64,000 nt of DNA, from positions 33,544-97,543 of the IMG/VR virus record IMGVR_UViG_3300037516_001127. One strand, 5' to 3'. The notes below the pieces were generated by a model that searched no databases, had not been told where the DNA came from, and saw only the letters and a list, made by a program, of their open reading frames with translations. Both the position numbers and the translations under genes were made by a program. This document shows positions 19,838-31,200 of the stretch, one piece after another; position 1 is the first letter of the stretch; each line of letters begins with the position of its first letter. This DNA comes from a virus.

Positions 19838-22800
19838 TCAGACTGCACCATTTGGAATAATTGATTCCAGAATAGAATCAGGATCTGTATCCAAAATCCA
19901 TTGTATACGATCAGCGGTAGTGCTTACCGATTCGCTCGCCGTAAAGTCGGCACCTGCACCATACATGATTTCAGCTATAGCAGCGCTCACCTCTTTAGCA
20001 GAATCTGCGTCGCGTAGACGACCCTGCGCCCGCTGAATAGCACTTATGAGCTCTGCTCTGGTTTCAACCCAGTTGTCACGACCGGGTCCACTACGTTTAT
20101 AAATTTCCAAAACAAGATAATTAGTTCTTCTACTGCCACCCTCGGCGCTATGACTCCATTCGCTAAGAGTAGTCCATTGGGGATCGTGGGGGTTAAACCC
20201 TGCCCCAAATCCCATTCCGTGATCAATTGGGATCAGGCTAACTCTACCTTCAGCATCCCGTGTGCTCATGATGTTAGCTATGTGTCGGTCGTCGTTAAGG
20301 ATTGTCCAGTCTAGCAGAGTCATTGATATTAGGTCATCTGCCCCAATATCGGTTGGTTGTCCTGCTATACCCATAGAGACATCGTCACCAAAACTGTTTT
20401 GAGCTAATTCGATAACGATTGGCCTGGCAACAGAACCAGTATTACCTACCCCATATTCGCGATGAATAATGGGCACGCCATCAATGGGTGCTTGTTCGAC
20501 AGGCCGGGGGGCACCCCATCTGAATGAGCTTGTAGCGAACCCAAATCTTTCAGCAATATGTGCTCCGAGCATTTCAGAAAAATCTTCACGAATGCCAGTA
20601 GAGACACTATTTCCGTATTTGATGGCGATACGTTGTTTTGTTTCACGGTCATAGAACATTTGTATGCCGTTAGCGCCTTGATCCGAACCGCCGATTGGGA
20701 GGAATCTTTCGCTCATAGGGTTATCAGCAATAAAGTCGATTAGTTCTTGTTTGTCCTCTTCCCATACCCTGACTTGATCAGGGCGAGTAGGTTTACGGTC
20801 ACCCCTCTCCGTAACTATCATTGCATCTAGATCTGATTTAGCTAGAATGGTTTCAGCATCAGAAGCATCCAATTGATCTACATATGTTTGAATATCTTCC
20901 GGGTCAACATACGTTGAATACCTTGGCAGTTCTAAAGACTCAACGTCAACACTATTATCAACAATTGAGTTGGCAAGAAGATCATCAGGGACCTCAGACA
21001 AAGCGCCACCACCCGAAACATGATCCTTAGCTTCGGCAGCATTATGGATACCAGGTTCGCCCTCAGCAGGTGTCGCTACCTCGCCTGGCAAGTGGAAACC
21101 GGCAGCGTCAACGCCACCGAGTTTAGCGTCCAACCCGTCATCAACTTTTTGGGCTAAACCTGTAGCCGCTTCACGGGCTTTAGAAGTAGATGCGGTAGAT
21201 GGGTCAGAAATACCTTCTGGTTTAGGTGGATACATTTCGTTGCGTGTACGAACGTTACGCTCTTCAAGCCTCTGGATGTGGTCCATGAGAGCTTCGGCTG
21301 CAGGTACGTTATTACGCTCCATCAGTTCCGATGCTTGAACCCAGAGTTCCCGAGCGTATTGTTCGCTATCAAAAATGCTTATAGGGCTTTTACCGTCAAC
21401 TATTGTGTCAACACTAGTTTTGATGCTTTGAACTAGTTGTTCTTGCTGCTCGGCTTCAGCTTTGGCTTGGGCTTCTCGTTCGTTAACGTCTCGTGCTAGT
21501 CGGCTAGAGGTATCTACACGATCAGCGATATCCGAAGTGACATTTCTAGGTGTGGGATCGACCGCATCTGGGGTCGTCGGAGCAGGAACTACGTCTGGCA
21601 CAGCAGCTTGCGCTTTTTCTATATCGTCTAGTTTCTGCTGCTCATCTTTAAGGCCAGCGTCAATAAGCTTGTCTATCATTTGACCCACCCGCATCTGGTC
21701 ACGTTGCAGGTAAGTGTTTCCAGGTTTGCGGTATGCCCTAAGTTTCTCTAAGAGCTCTTTATAAGATTCGCCACCTACCGCAGGATCGCTGATAGCTGCA
21801 TCAATTTCTTGTGTGAGGCTTTCGAATCCTTCGTTGTCAAATTCTGGTGTGCTAGGTGTTTCTGGTGGCCTTGGTGGTACCGTCCGGCCTTCTGCCTCTA
21901 TTGGCGGTACTTCTGGTGCAGGTCCAAGAGATGGGGGTGTTTCGATAGGCTGGTATTGGTCTATTACTTCTGAGGGTTGGATTGCCTCGGGTGCCGCTTG
22001 TGGTTGTCCTGGGGGGTTGGCAAATGCTTCCCAGTCTGGTGGAGCGTATTGGCGTGGGGTTTCAGTGGCGGCAGGGGTTTCTTGTGGTGACGCAGCAGGA
22101 GTTGAATCACCCCAGATATCGTCTTCAATTTTGAGCGGTTGAGGGATGTAGGTGGCTTCAGGGGTTTCAGTTTTTGGTTGCTCGGGTTCAGGTTTAGGTT
22201 CAATCCTAGGTTCAGGTTTAGGCTTCTCGGGCTTTACTTTTCTGCCTATCTCAAACCCTTTATTTACTTCAGGATCTCTATCTGAACGGGTTGATAAAGC
22301 TCTTTTTAAACTCTGATCAAACTCTGGATTCTCCCTAAAAAAATTGGCTAGGTCTTCCTCTGTAGTAGTGCCATCAAGTAGGCCTGCTCCGAGACGGTCA
22401 TATTCTTTTGCCCAATCAGTATCATAAGAAATTACACCCGTCTCATCGCTATTGACTTTAGGATTGCCATTAGCGTCAACCGAACGGAAAAGTGCTCCTG
22501 GAAGATTGGTATCATTGATACCTTCAGCTAGTTCGGCTCCAATCTCCTCACCTCCCAGGAACTCAGCTAAACGCTGCTCGCGAGTTAAACCGAGTTCAGG
22601 ATCTCGGCCCTCTGCGCCTCTAACATGTCCTGCTATTCTGCTTATAGCTTCAGAACGTTCATCAGGAGTCAAATCATAATTATCTACTTCGTATTCGACC
22701 GCACCAGCTTGTTGATCCAGTGGCAAAATTTGTGCAGCATTTACAGTTTGTAGTTTCTGAAATTCCTCTTCAGGTATATCAACATAACGTACTCTTCGAA

Positions 22801-25495
22801 CAAGGTCCTCAGGATCTTGATATGAGGTTTCACCTGTCCGGGGATCAGTGACAAGCTCTTGAACACCATCTGGCAACTTGCCAAAAGCATGACCTTCAGC
22901 CCTTCGCGCGTCTTCAGCCCACCACATTCCCGTGTACTGCTCTTCGTCTACACCATTCGTATACCGTGTTGAACCCAACGGGGTTCCCTCAGAATCAACA
23001 ATATCCCCCCTGAACAAACGGCGATAACCCTCAGGGATAGGCGGCAAACCATTCTGCGCTTCCACAACATCCGGCTGCGGTGGAGCCACAGGCAGATTCG
23101 TTACGTCATCTAGCGGTTTATCCCCAAAAGGACTTGGCCCAACAGGATTTCCGTCTTTATCTAGTCCGAGTTTTTCACGGAGTTCGATTAGGCGTCGGGT
23201 TCGACGCTCTTGAGGTGTTTCCCCTGGTGGGCCGTCTTGAGGGGTTTCAGGTGTATTTTCGGGTTCGTTATCGTTTCCACTAGTAGGTTTACGCGGTGGA
23301 CGTTTAACCGGCTTTACTTCGCCTTCGGGGGTTTCACCCTCGATCAGGGGAGTTACGTTTTCTTCACGATCGCGTTCTAAAGTCGCACGAATCCGCTCAG
23401 CTCTTTCACGGTTACGTTTCTGAGCAGCAGTTTCCTTAGGCTTCTCAACGAAAGGATTGGGACCCTCTTCAGGTCGTTCCGCTGGAGGCTCAATACCCTC
23501 AAAAGGATTCGGAGGCCCTTCAGGCTTATCCGCTTCGGGGACATCACCTTCGCCCTCAAGCAGGGGAGTTATGTTTTCTTCAGCACCTTCAGGCGGCTTT
23601 AGCCTTGCCTGAATCCGTTCGCGCATTTCCCGATTACGCTTTTGGGTAGCAGTTTCCTTAGGCTTGACAGGTTCGGGGGGAACTTCAGGAGCGGCCTGTG
23701 GTTCGCCTGACTCAGGGGTTCCGTCGGGCTTGTCAGCTTCGGGAACATCACCTTCAGGCTTGTCAGCTTCAGGGACATCACCCTCAAGCAAGGGGGCTAC
23801 GTTCTCTTCACGATCGCGTTCTAAAGTCGCACGAATCCGCTCAGCTCTTTCACGGTTACGCTTTTGGGCACGCGTCTCTTTGGGCTTTGGTGGTTCTTCC
23901 GGCCCACCCGGCTCAGGAGTCGGAGTCTCCTCTGGCTCAGGAGTCTCTTCAGGAGTACCTGGCTCAGGTTCACCCTCTGGTGGCTCTTCAGGGTTTGGAA
24001 TCTCCTCACGGGCACCAGGTTCAGGAGGAGCCTCAGGAGCTGGAGTCTTCTCCGGCTCACCTGGCTTAGGAGTCTCTTCAGGCGGAGCTTCAGGTGGCTC
24101 TTCTGGTTTACCGGGTTCAGGAGTAGCTTCAGGTTTATCCTCAGGAGCAGCTTCGGGCTCACCCTCTGGAGTCTTTTCAGGAGTTGCCTCAGGAGTTCCT
24201 GGCTCAGGAGTCGGAGTCTCTTCAGGAGTCGGCTCAGGTTCACCCGGCTCAGGAGTCGGCTCAGGCGTAGCTTCAGGCGGAGCTTCAGGCTTACCCTCAG
24301 GCTTACCCTCACCCTCGCGTTCGCGTCGCATCATCTCCTCAAAATCTTTGAGGTCCTGCTTCGCTTTCTCCCTCTCCTGCTTCGCTCTCTCCTTTTCCTC
24401 CTTTATTCTCTCCCTCTCCTCTTTCTCCCTCTCCTTTAGCCATTCATCAGATTCTCTATCACGTTTGAAATATTTTTTATCAAGATATTCTGCTATCTGA
24501 TCCAGATCTTCAGAACTATAAGGATTTTCATTATTACGCTTCTTAATCCAATCTAACCATGCGTCAATTTCCGCAAGATCCCTGTCTCGTTCTAAGAAGT
24601 CGCTACCACCAAACGAAAGTCGTCTAGCTTCCACCTTCCGTCTTGCCTCTTCAAGAAGCTTCTTAACCTCACGTTCCTTTTCCTTATCCCTAACAACAGG
24701 CTTACCTTCCGGCTTACCCGGCTCAGGACCATCTTCAGGAGGATAAAGATCTTCCGGTTCAGGCGTTGAAGGCGTATCAACCCAAGGATCTTCCGGTCCA
24801 GAACCACCAGAATTTGGCATATTCGGGTCATTCGCCCAAACAGTCGGCGCATCAGGATTATTAGGATCATAATTAGGGTCCCAAGGACGATCAGAAGGAT
24901 TATGGGTAGCCATATATCGGTCATAAATAATCTGAGCATTTGCTTGTTCGCCTGAATCACCAAGGATATTCCTTCGGTTGCCAGACTCATAAAGAGCTCT
25001 AGCTCTAGCCGGGCTATAAGCACGACCGCTACCAGGTGTAGGAGGTGGAGTCGTACCCCCAGGAGCGTTAGGAGGTGGAGTTGCACCCCCACCAGGATTA
25101 TTGGTGCCACCAGGATTGCTGGTACCACCGCCCCCAGGACCACCACCACCCGGGTTATTAGGCCCACCACCACCAGGAACGCCACCACCAGGAACACCAG
25201 GCCGCTCCTGAGTCGTACCCTCCTGAACTAAACCATCAGCATCAGCATCAGCAGCATTAGGATCATAAGCAGCAGGACGCTTCCCCCCGCCACCACCACC
25301 GCCAACACCATCACCATCACGCCTAAAAGCCTCACCAATAGCCTCAGCTAAACTCCCACCACCACCACGACCACCACCACGACCACCCCCACCAATACGG
25401 CGAAGAATACCCATACCAAACATCTTCGCTTCAACAGCATCATCAGACGAATCAAGCGAAGCGTTAATCCGATCCTCAATTGGGACATCACCCAT
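19838..25495 (-). CDS. 1885-aa putative virion-packaged protein: shared motif, Pro/Glu linker, ART-like segment, C-terminal HipA/PI3K-like kinase
   Basis: YDPNAADADADGLVQEGTTQERP; IAIKY..EMLGAHIAERFG; LLDWTILNDDRHIANI; IPIDHG. Confidence 0.75.
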   Translation of the reverse strand: MGDVPIEDRINASLDSSDDAVEAKMFGMGILRRIGGGGRGGGRGGGGSLAEAIGEAFRRDGDGVGGGGGGGKRPAAYDPNAADADADGLVQEGTTQERPGVPGGGVPGGGGPNNPGGGGPGGGGTSNPGGTNNPGGGATPPPNAPGGTTPPPTPGSGRAYSPARARALYESGNRRNILGDSGEQANAQIIYDRYMATHNPSDRPWDPNYDPNNPDAPTVWANDPNMPNSGGSGPEDPWVDTPSTPEPEDLYPPEDGPEPGKPEGKPVVRDKEKEREVKKLLEEARRKVEARRLSFGGSDFLERDRDLAEIDAWLDWIKKRNNENPYSSEDLDQIAEYLDKKYFKRDRESDEWLKEREKEERERIKEEKERAKQEREKAKQDLKDFEEMMRREREGEGKPEGKPEAPPEATPEPTPEPGEPEPTPEETPTPEPGTPEATPEKTPEGEPEAAPEDKPEATPEPGKPEEPPEAPPEETPKPGEPEKTPAPEAPPEPGAREEIPNPEEPPEGEPEPGTPEETPEPEETPTPEPGGPEEPPKPKETRAQKRNRERAERIRATLERDREENVAPLLEGDVPEADKPEGDVPEADKPDGTPESGEPQAAPEVPPEPVKPKETATQKRNREMRERIQARLKPPEGAEENITPLLEGEGDVPEADKPEGPPNPFEGIEPPAERPEEGPNPFVEKPKETAAQKRNRERAERIRATLERDREENVTPLIEGETPEGEVKPVKRPPRKPTSGNDNEPENTPETPQDGPPGETPQERRTRRLIELREKLGLDKDGNPVGPSPFGDKPLDDVTNLPVAPPQPDVVEAQNGLPPIPEGYRRLFRGDIVDSEGTPLGSTRYTNGVDEEQYTGMWWAEDARRAEGHAFGKLPDGVQELVTDPRTGETSYQDPEDLVRRVRYVDIPEEEFQKLQTVNAAQILPLDQQAGAVEYEVDNYDLTPDERSEAISRIAGHVRGAEGRDPELGLTREQRLAEFLGGEEIGAELAEGINDTNLPGALFRSVDANGNPKVNSDETGVISYDTDWAKEYDRLGAGLLDGTTTEEDLANFFRENPEFDQSLKRALSTRSDRDPEVNKGFEIGRKVKPEKPKPEPRIEPKPEPEQPKTETPEATYIPQPLKIEDDIWGDSTPAASPQETPAATETPRQYAPPDWEAFANPPGQPQAAPEAIQPSEVIDQYQPIETPPSLGPAPEVPPIEAEGRTVPPRPPETPSTPEFDNEGFESLTQEIDAAISDPAVGGESYKELLEKLRAYRKPGNTYLQRDQMRVGQMIDKLIDAGLKDEQQKLDDIEKAQAAVPDVVPAPTTPDAVDPTPRNVTSDIADRVDTSSRLARDVNEREAQAKAEAEQQEQLVQSIKTSVDTIVDGKSPISIFDSEQYARELWVQASELMERNNVPAAEALMDHIQRLEERNVRTRNEMYPPKPEGISDPSTASTSKAREAATGLAQKVDDGLDAKLGGVDAAGFHLPGEVATPAEGEPGIHNAAEAKDHVSGGGALSEVPDDLLANSIVDNSVDVESLELPRYSTYVDPEDIQTYVDQLDASDAETILAKSDLDAMIVTERGDRKPTRPDQVRVWEEDKQELIDFIADNPMSERFLPIGGSDQGANGIQMFYDRETKQRIAIKYGNSVSTGIREDFSEMLGAHIAERFGFATSSFRWGAPRPVEQAPIDGVPIIHREYGVGNTGSVARPIVIELAQNSFGDDVSMGIAGQPTDIGADDLISMTLLDWTILNDDRHIANIMSTRDAEGRVSLIPIDHGMGFGAGFNPHDPQWTTLSEWSHSAEGGSRRTNYLVLEIYKRSGPGRDNWVETRAELISAIQRAQGRLRDADSAKEVSAAIAEIMYGAGADFTASESVSTTADRIQWILDTDPDSILESIIPNGAV
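23340..24320 (-). repeat. Intragenic repeats: 3x KPKETxxQKRNRExxERI..EENxxPL, 3x EGDVPEADKP, PEP/ETP tract
   Basis: Near-identical DNA copies at ~23340-23445 and ~23780-23885, a diverged copy at ~23560-23665; PE-rich tract ~23900-24320. Confidence 0.85.
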
Positions 25496-25497
25496 AA

Positions 25498-25677
25498 CTA
25501 ACCCTCATCAACAGAATCAGAACCCAAAGTAGCTGGCATATCCAGAATAGCCTGAATCTCAAGCTGAACCTTAGGGTCCTCCAGAATAGCCTGCTGAGAA
25601 TAACGATGAGGAATCATAGAAAGCTTCGCAACACGTTCCCAATTCGTATTTTTATTCAAACCTGAAAACGAAGTCAC
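25498..25677 (-). CDS. Small hypothetical protein (59 aa, not in ORF track)
   Basis: GTG 25677 after AAAGG; MTSFSGLNKNTNWERVAKLSMIPHRY...GSDSVDEG; fills the gap almost exactly. Confidence 0.7.
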   Translation of the reverse strand: MTSFSGLNKNTNWERVAKLSMIPHRYSQQAILEDPKVQLEIQAILDMPATLGSDSVDEG

Positions 25678-25687
25678 AAATCAACCT

Positions 25688-28207
25688 TTATCTAGCCGCA
25701 CGAACAGGGGGAGTCCAGAATACTGGCTCAGCTTCAAAAAGCTTCAAAAGATCATCTGGATCAATATCAGTAACCTCTTTAAGTCTAGACGCAAGACCAC
25801 CCGTCACTTTACGCATATCGTCTTCAACTTCATTTCTAGCAGCATTCAATATCCGGCCAATTGCCTCATTTATCTCCAAAGCTGAATCGGCTTCCCTCAG
25901 AGAAGCCTGCGCCGCACGAATAGCAACCAGAAGATCGGCCTTACTCAGAGTATCTGCAATACCATTTTTGTCATGAGTCAAAATTTGTTGAATACGACCC
26001 ACCATATTCCGATTGTCTTGCATCAGGCCGCCAGTCAATCCATTCACAGGGTCAGCAATCGATTCACGCTCATCCATATTAGAAATGCCATGATCAATCG
26101 GCACAAACCATGCCATATCACCATCAGGATTCTCACCAACAAAATAATTTCCATAATGCCGATCCCGATTTTGGATAATCAAGTCCAAAAGCAAACCAGA
26201 AACAAGAGAATCAGCAGAAGCCTGCATCGGATACCCAGAACCAATAGCAATATCCAAACTCAAACCATCAGCAGGATCACCCGACCGATTCGCATAATTA
26301 TGCAAAAGCTCAAAAACCATTGGCCTAACAGTTCGCGGTTGCACCGCTTGCGTAGGAAAACCTCCAACCGGAGGAGCACCACCCCAACGCATCGACCCAT
26401 AAGCAAAACCTAACCGCTCAGCAATATGCGCACCCAACATTTCGTTAATATCTTCATCTGGGAAAACTGAAGTACCAAAAGCATACTTAATACCGACACG
26501 CTGCTGACTAACCCGGTCGTAATACATCACCACACCGTTAACGCCAGCTCCTCTACTGAGAGGAATAAACCTGCCAGCGATCTCACTATTAGACACTCGT
26601 TCGGCACGCTCAAGAGCAGCTAAAAATGGATGCAAATCATCCGGTGGCGGCCACTTAAAATCCGTTAAATCGACAGGGTCGTACTTTATTATCTGATCCG
26701 CACGATCAATCCCAGCTTGCAAATCGTTCTGCATTAAAACATTGCTAAAAATTGCTTCAACAAGAAAATCGTCAGGAACCTCAGATAAAGCACCACCATC
26801 AGCTAAATGCTGAACCGCACCCTCTAAATCCATTCCACCATCAACAACAGGGATCTCAACAGGCAAATGGAAACCCTCAGGGCTTCTAAGACCCAAAACG
26901 CGATCCGCGCCTTTAACAACGCTAGTCCTAGGCATCAAACCCTGACGGGCAGGCCTAAGTTCCCCATTTGCTGAGACTGATTCGTCGCGAGAAGGCCCAT
27001 CGTATTCTCTGCCCTTAGCGACCTTAGCGTAAATTTCATTAACAAAGTCCATGAGCATGACTTCTTGATCTGCGGAGATATTAGGCATTTGTTCAGCGAC
27101 GGCTTTATCGCGTTGAGCAATCCACTCGTCGAAACGTTTTTTATTCTGGTCCCTGATATCAGCATTAATTGCATCTATGCGATTACGTTCCGCACCATAA
27201 AGCTTATTATTTTCATAAATTGCAGGCTCAACCTGAAGCTCGTATTCTCGTTGATATTTTGTTTTGCCTCCAGGCCTTTGACCCCCCCTAGTTTTGATAT
27301 ATGGATCTAGCTTCTTTAATTCATCCGCCCTAGCTTTAAGTCGATCCCGTTCAGCGTTTATCTTGTCCCACTCAGGACCCTCAAAAGAAGCTCTTTTTTG
27401 CCGCAGACGTTGAGGTTCAGGATTCTTATCCACCCACTTTTTCTGAAGAAACACCTTATTTTTATTTCCGTTATTATAAATATGGGTTTTTATAGTTCTT
27501 GCTAACTCCCTCAAAGATTCAAGATCAGCAGCTGATCCAGACTCCTCAAACTTTTTTGTTAGCTTGTCATATTCTTTTTCTAAGCTATCAGCCAAACTTA
27601 TAGGTTCACGCTCCTCAGGCTTAGCGACAATAGGCTCAGCCGGAACAGGTGTACTGCGAGTACGAACCTTACGAGCGTTTCGCATAACAGCAGACCTTCT
27701 AGGCGCAGGACGCATAGCAGGCACACCAGGAGTAGCAGGACGCTCCCACGGCGTACCATCCTGAACCGTATTATCTTTACCAGGATCACCATTTATAGCG
27801 TCAGGATCATACGCCTCATCCTCATCACCAATAGCACGACCCAAAACTTTCAAACTAATAGGCGCTAAAGAAGACTTGACCCTAAGATTAGACTTAGCTT
27901 TCTTACGCTTAGAAACATTCTTCTCTAACCAAAAAAACATTTCCTCATCAAACCCATGAGCAACCATATAATCGCTAACCTCAACAGGCATAGCCCTACT
28001 CATAGAATCACCCAAAAATCTTATAATCTTAAAAAGCATTACCTCTTTTTTAGACTCAGGATCTAAACCAGGTTGAGACTCCAAGGAACCAACGTACTGA
28101 GACATCTGCCGTATAAAACTTTTACCATTCTTAGACCAATCCCAGACACGATTCTTACGGGTATCATAAGGACGATCTTTAACAATCAGATTAGATTTAG
28201 CAGGCAT
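25688..28207 (-). CDS. Putative virion-packaged protein: shared motif plus HipA/PI3K-like kinase
   Basis: YDPDAINGDPGKDNTVQDGTPWERP; GAGVNG, VGIKY, LLDLIIQNRDRHYGNY, VPIDHG. Confidence 0.78.
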   Translation of the reverse strand: MPAKSNLIVKDRPYDTRKNRVWDWSKNGKSFIRQMSQYVGSLESQPGLDPESKKEVMLFKIIRFLGDSMSRAMPVEVSDYMVAHGFDEEMFFWLEKNVSKRKKAKSNLRVKSSLAPISLKVLGRAIGDEDEAYDPDAINGDPGKDNTVQDGTPWERPATPGVPAMRPAPRRSAVMRNARKVRTRSTPVPAEPIVAKPEEREPISLADSLEKEYDKLTKKFEESGSAADLESLRELARTIKTHIYNNGNKNKVFLQKKWVDKNPEPQRLRQKRASFEGPEWDKINAERDRLKARADELKKLDPYIKTRGGQRPGGKTKYQREYELQVEPAIYENNKLYGAERNRIDAINADIRDQNKKRFDEWIAQRDKAVAEQMPNISADQEVMLMDFVNEIYAKVAKGREYDGPSRDESVSANGELRPARQGLMPRTSVVKGADRVLGLRSPEGFHLPVEIPVVDGGMDLEGAVQHLADGGALSEVPDDFLVEAIFSNVLMQNDLQAGIDRADQIIKYDPVDLTDFKWPPPDDLHPFLAALERAERVSNSEIAGRFIPLSRGAGVNGVVMYYDRVSQQRVGIKYAFGTSVFPDEDINEMLGAHIAERLGFAYGSMRWGGAPPVGGFPTQAVQPRTVRPMVFELLHNYANRSGDPADGLSLDIAIGSGYPMQASADSLVSGLLLDLIIQNRDRHYGNYFVGENPDGDMAWFVPIDHGISNMDERESIADPVNGLTGGLMQDNRNMVGRIQQILTHDKNGIADTLSKADLLVAIRAAQASLREADSALEINEAIGRILNAARNEVEDDMRKVTGGLASRLKEVTDIDPDDLLKLFEAEPVFWTPPVRAAR

Positions 28208-28209
28208 AA

Positions 28210-31200
28210 CTATGAACGCTGCCTTTCATACAAAACGTTATCATCGCCATCGCCGATCACAAGAACTTCATATTCACTTATACACCCAAAGCCAAGCATT
28301 GACAAAGAAAAAAGTCTTGATCGAGGCACGTCCATATGGAAAGTGTGTTCACCAAAAGCTTGTTGGGTAATCGTGGCAAACGAAGATAAACCATTCCATT
28401 GGGCTATAGCATCTACAGCCCAACCCTTCCCAACCGAAGCATCCAAAGCCCACGAGATATCACCATCAGTCGAATCAAGCGATCTTAAAATAACCATCAA
28501 ATCGCCCACTTCATTTCTAGCACTATCATGTGCTGTCTGAGCCGACCTGTATCTTTCCAAAAGCAACGTTTGAGCAGGGCTTAAAAATTCACCAGCCCGT
28601 GCAGCTCTGACAGTCTCCGCCCATAGAGGATTAGCATAAATTTTTTCTAATTCATCACCAAGCAACTCTTTGTTCTGCTCAGTCAAATTAAGCTCATCGA
28701 CAGTTGCAGTTCTTTTTTTCTCAATTTCCATTTGTAACTTTTCAGCTCGTGGAGTATCAGCAATTCTGTCTGGTCCTACAGTCATTGCACGACTAAGCCG
28801 AACTATTCCATCTTCAGTTATTCCCATATTTTCTAAATGGTTTTGAGTCGTCGAATAAATTGCTTTAGCTAAAATCTGGTAATCATTAGCAACTTGTTCA
28901 AGATCTTCAACTTTTCCTCCTGGAAGAAACCTAGAAGCACCACGAGGAGGAGTCCTAAAAGCAGAAAAATCTTTTCCAGCACCTCGTGAACCAACCAGTT
29001 TTGCGACAGCCACAGACATCATCCAGGCTTTCCCGGTATCCGAACCAACTGCCCATTTAGAATTCAACTCATCAAAAATAAAAACGGCTTTAGCTCTGTC
29101 GGAAATAGAATCACTAACAATGCCACGGGTTTTAATTTCTACCATAAAAGCATTAAGAAAATCATAATGTTCTACGTCTTTAGAAACCCCAACACTGGAA
29201 TCTATAAACGGGTTTGAAAACGGATCTTCTAACGGATCTACAAGCAGAAAGCCCTCTTGAAACCTATTTACAGATCGAACAAACTCATATGGACTCTCAT
29301 TATCAAAAATCCTATATAAAGCGTCTCTAACAGAAGGATCAGATTCGATCATAGCTAGTAGCGTTTCAGCCGAAGACAATGCTGAAATTTGCTTACTAAG
29401 AGCACTTCCAACCTCACTAAGAACAATAGGCTTATACGATCCGTCATCATTCTTAGGCCTGTCAGGAGCATACAAAATGGAAGATATAAAAGCTTCTTTT
29501 ATATCTTCACGACTAAAATCTTGTGGCAAAGAACTTACATACGATTCAGCTTCATCTCTAGCAATCTGACGTTCCGCCGCATGATCGGCCTCAAGCTGAT
29601 CTCTCCGCTTACGCACATTTTTTAGAAGGTCGCCTAATTTCTTAGAAAGCTCATCACTCCCATTATTAACAGAATCTATTTGCGCCGAAATCTCTTGCAT
29701 TTTTTGCATATCAAAATCGCGATCAGCCTCCCTTCGGGCTTTCAATAAAGATTGCTGTTCATCATATAAAGCATATAGGGCGTCAGATAACTCTAAAGCC
29801 TCTTTATCACCAGCTAATGGCCCATCATCAGGCGTACTCCTATCAGGAATCTGAGATTCCCAATCAGGATTTTCTGCTGCCCGTGCATCAAAATTTCTAA
29901 CAAACTCAGGAATAGGATTATCCTGTTCCCATTTTCTGACAATTTCTTCCACCTTAGCTTGTATTATAATTCTTTCCATCTCAGCACTTGAAGAACCTTC
30001 AAAATTTGGGACTACAAAATCTAAGACAGTAGATAACGTTTCCCTATGCTGAGAATCACTCATTGGGCCATCAACCTTGCTACCCCATGTAGACATATCT
30101 GAAGGATCAAACTCGTCCTCATCAATACCGGGGTCAAGAGTGTTAAGAACTTGAAAGATCTCATGAATGCCAGCAGAACCATTATGAAAATCAGCTTCTT
30201 GGTCCTCAAAAACATCTTTTGGAACAGAGTACAAAGGGTCAACTTTAAGAATTTCGTCAAAAATAGTATCAGGAAGAACAGCCGTAGGATTATTATCTGC
30301 ATCAGGAATATCAAAAATTTTAGACTTTCCAACAAGCATAGAAACACCACTAGCATCAATATCCCTATCAAAAATGATACGAGCGGCAGCAGCTACCGTA
30401 GCGTCATCGTAATTAACTAAAAGTTTGTGCATAGGGTTATAATCAGCCGGGTAGGCGTCCATCTTGTCGACTTTGCCTTCAAGTTCCTGAATAGCTTTTA
30501 CTAAATCAGAGACTTCTTTAGAAACAGGTTCGGGTGGCTCGATAACCGAAACAGCAGGAGGAACCCAGTTTTCAATCTCAGCAATAATCTCAGGGTTATC
30601 AGCTACAAGTATTTCACCCTGCACAGTCCCAAACCGGCCAAGAACCAGTTCATTAGGTACATCTCGCCTAGCCCATCTTGAACCCCACTCGTCGCTGTCC
30701 TTCTCCACAACAGACCAGGAAGTGATTCCTGCATCTTCAGCTTCATATCCTGATTCGTTGCTAGACCCATATCCGAGCCCAGACTGATTTGGTTCGGTTC
30801 CTGTTTCGCTAATTAAATCACCAGAGCGGTACAAGCGAATAGCCGCATATTCGTCTCCGGCGACTTCATCAACATAGCGGCGACGAACTAGTTGCAAAAA
30901 TCGCATAACGTCAGGATCACGTTCCGATTCTGGCGCTTTTAAAGTAACTGAGATAAGCTGGCGCGCACGCATAGCATACTGCCAAGCCCCAAAATTATCT
31001 TCAGTATCACGAAAGTCTTCGTTATCATCAACAATTGACGGATTTGCTTCAAATAAGGCTTGCAGGCTTAGGTATATGTCTCGCTGTGTTGCATTTGCCG
31101 ATTCTTCTGCTGAGCCGAACCACAGCTCTGGCTTCACCAGATAGGCACCCTTATACGCTACGTTTCTTATTAAAGCCCGCTCTTCCGGTGAACCATCAGC

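Noticed and set aside
23664-25197. Long alternative-frame and antisense ORFs (278, 191, 163, 201 aa)
   Set aside because: Shadows of the Pro/Glu/Gly low-complexity tract of 19838..25495
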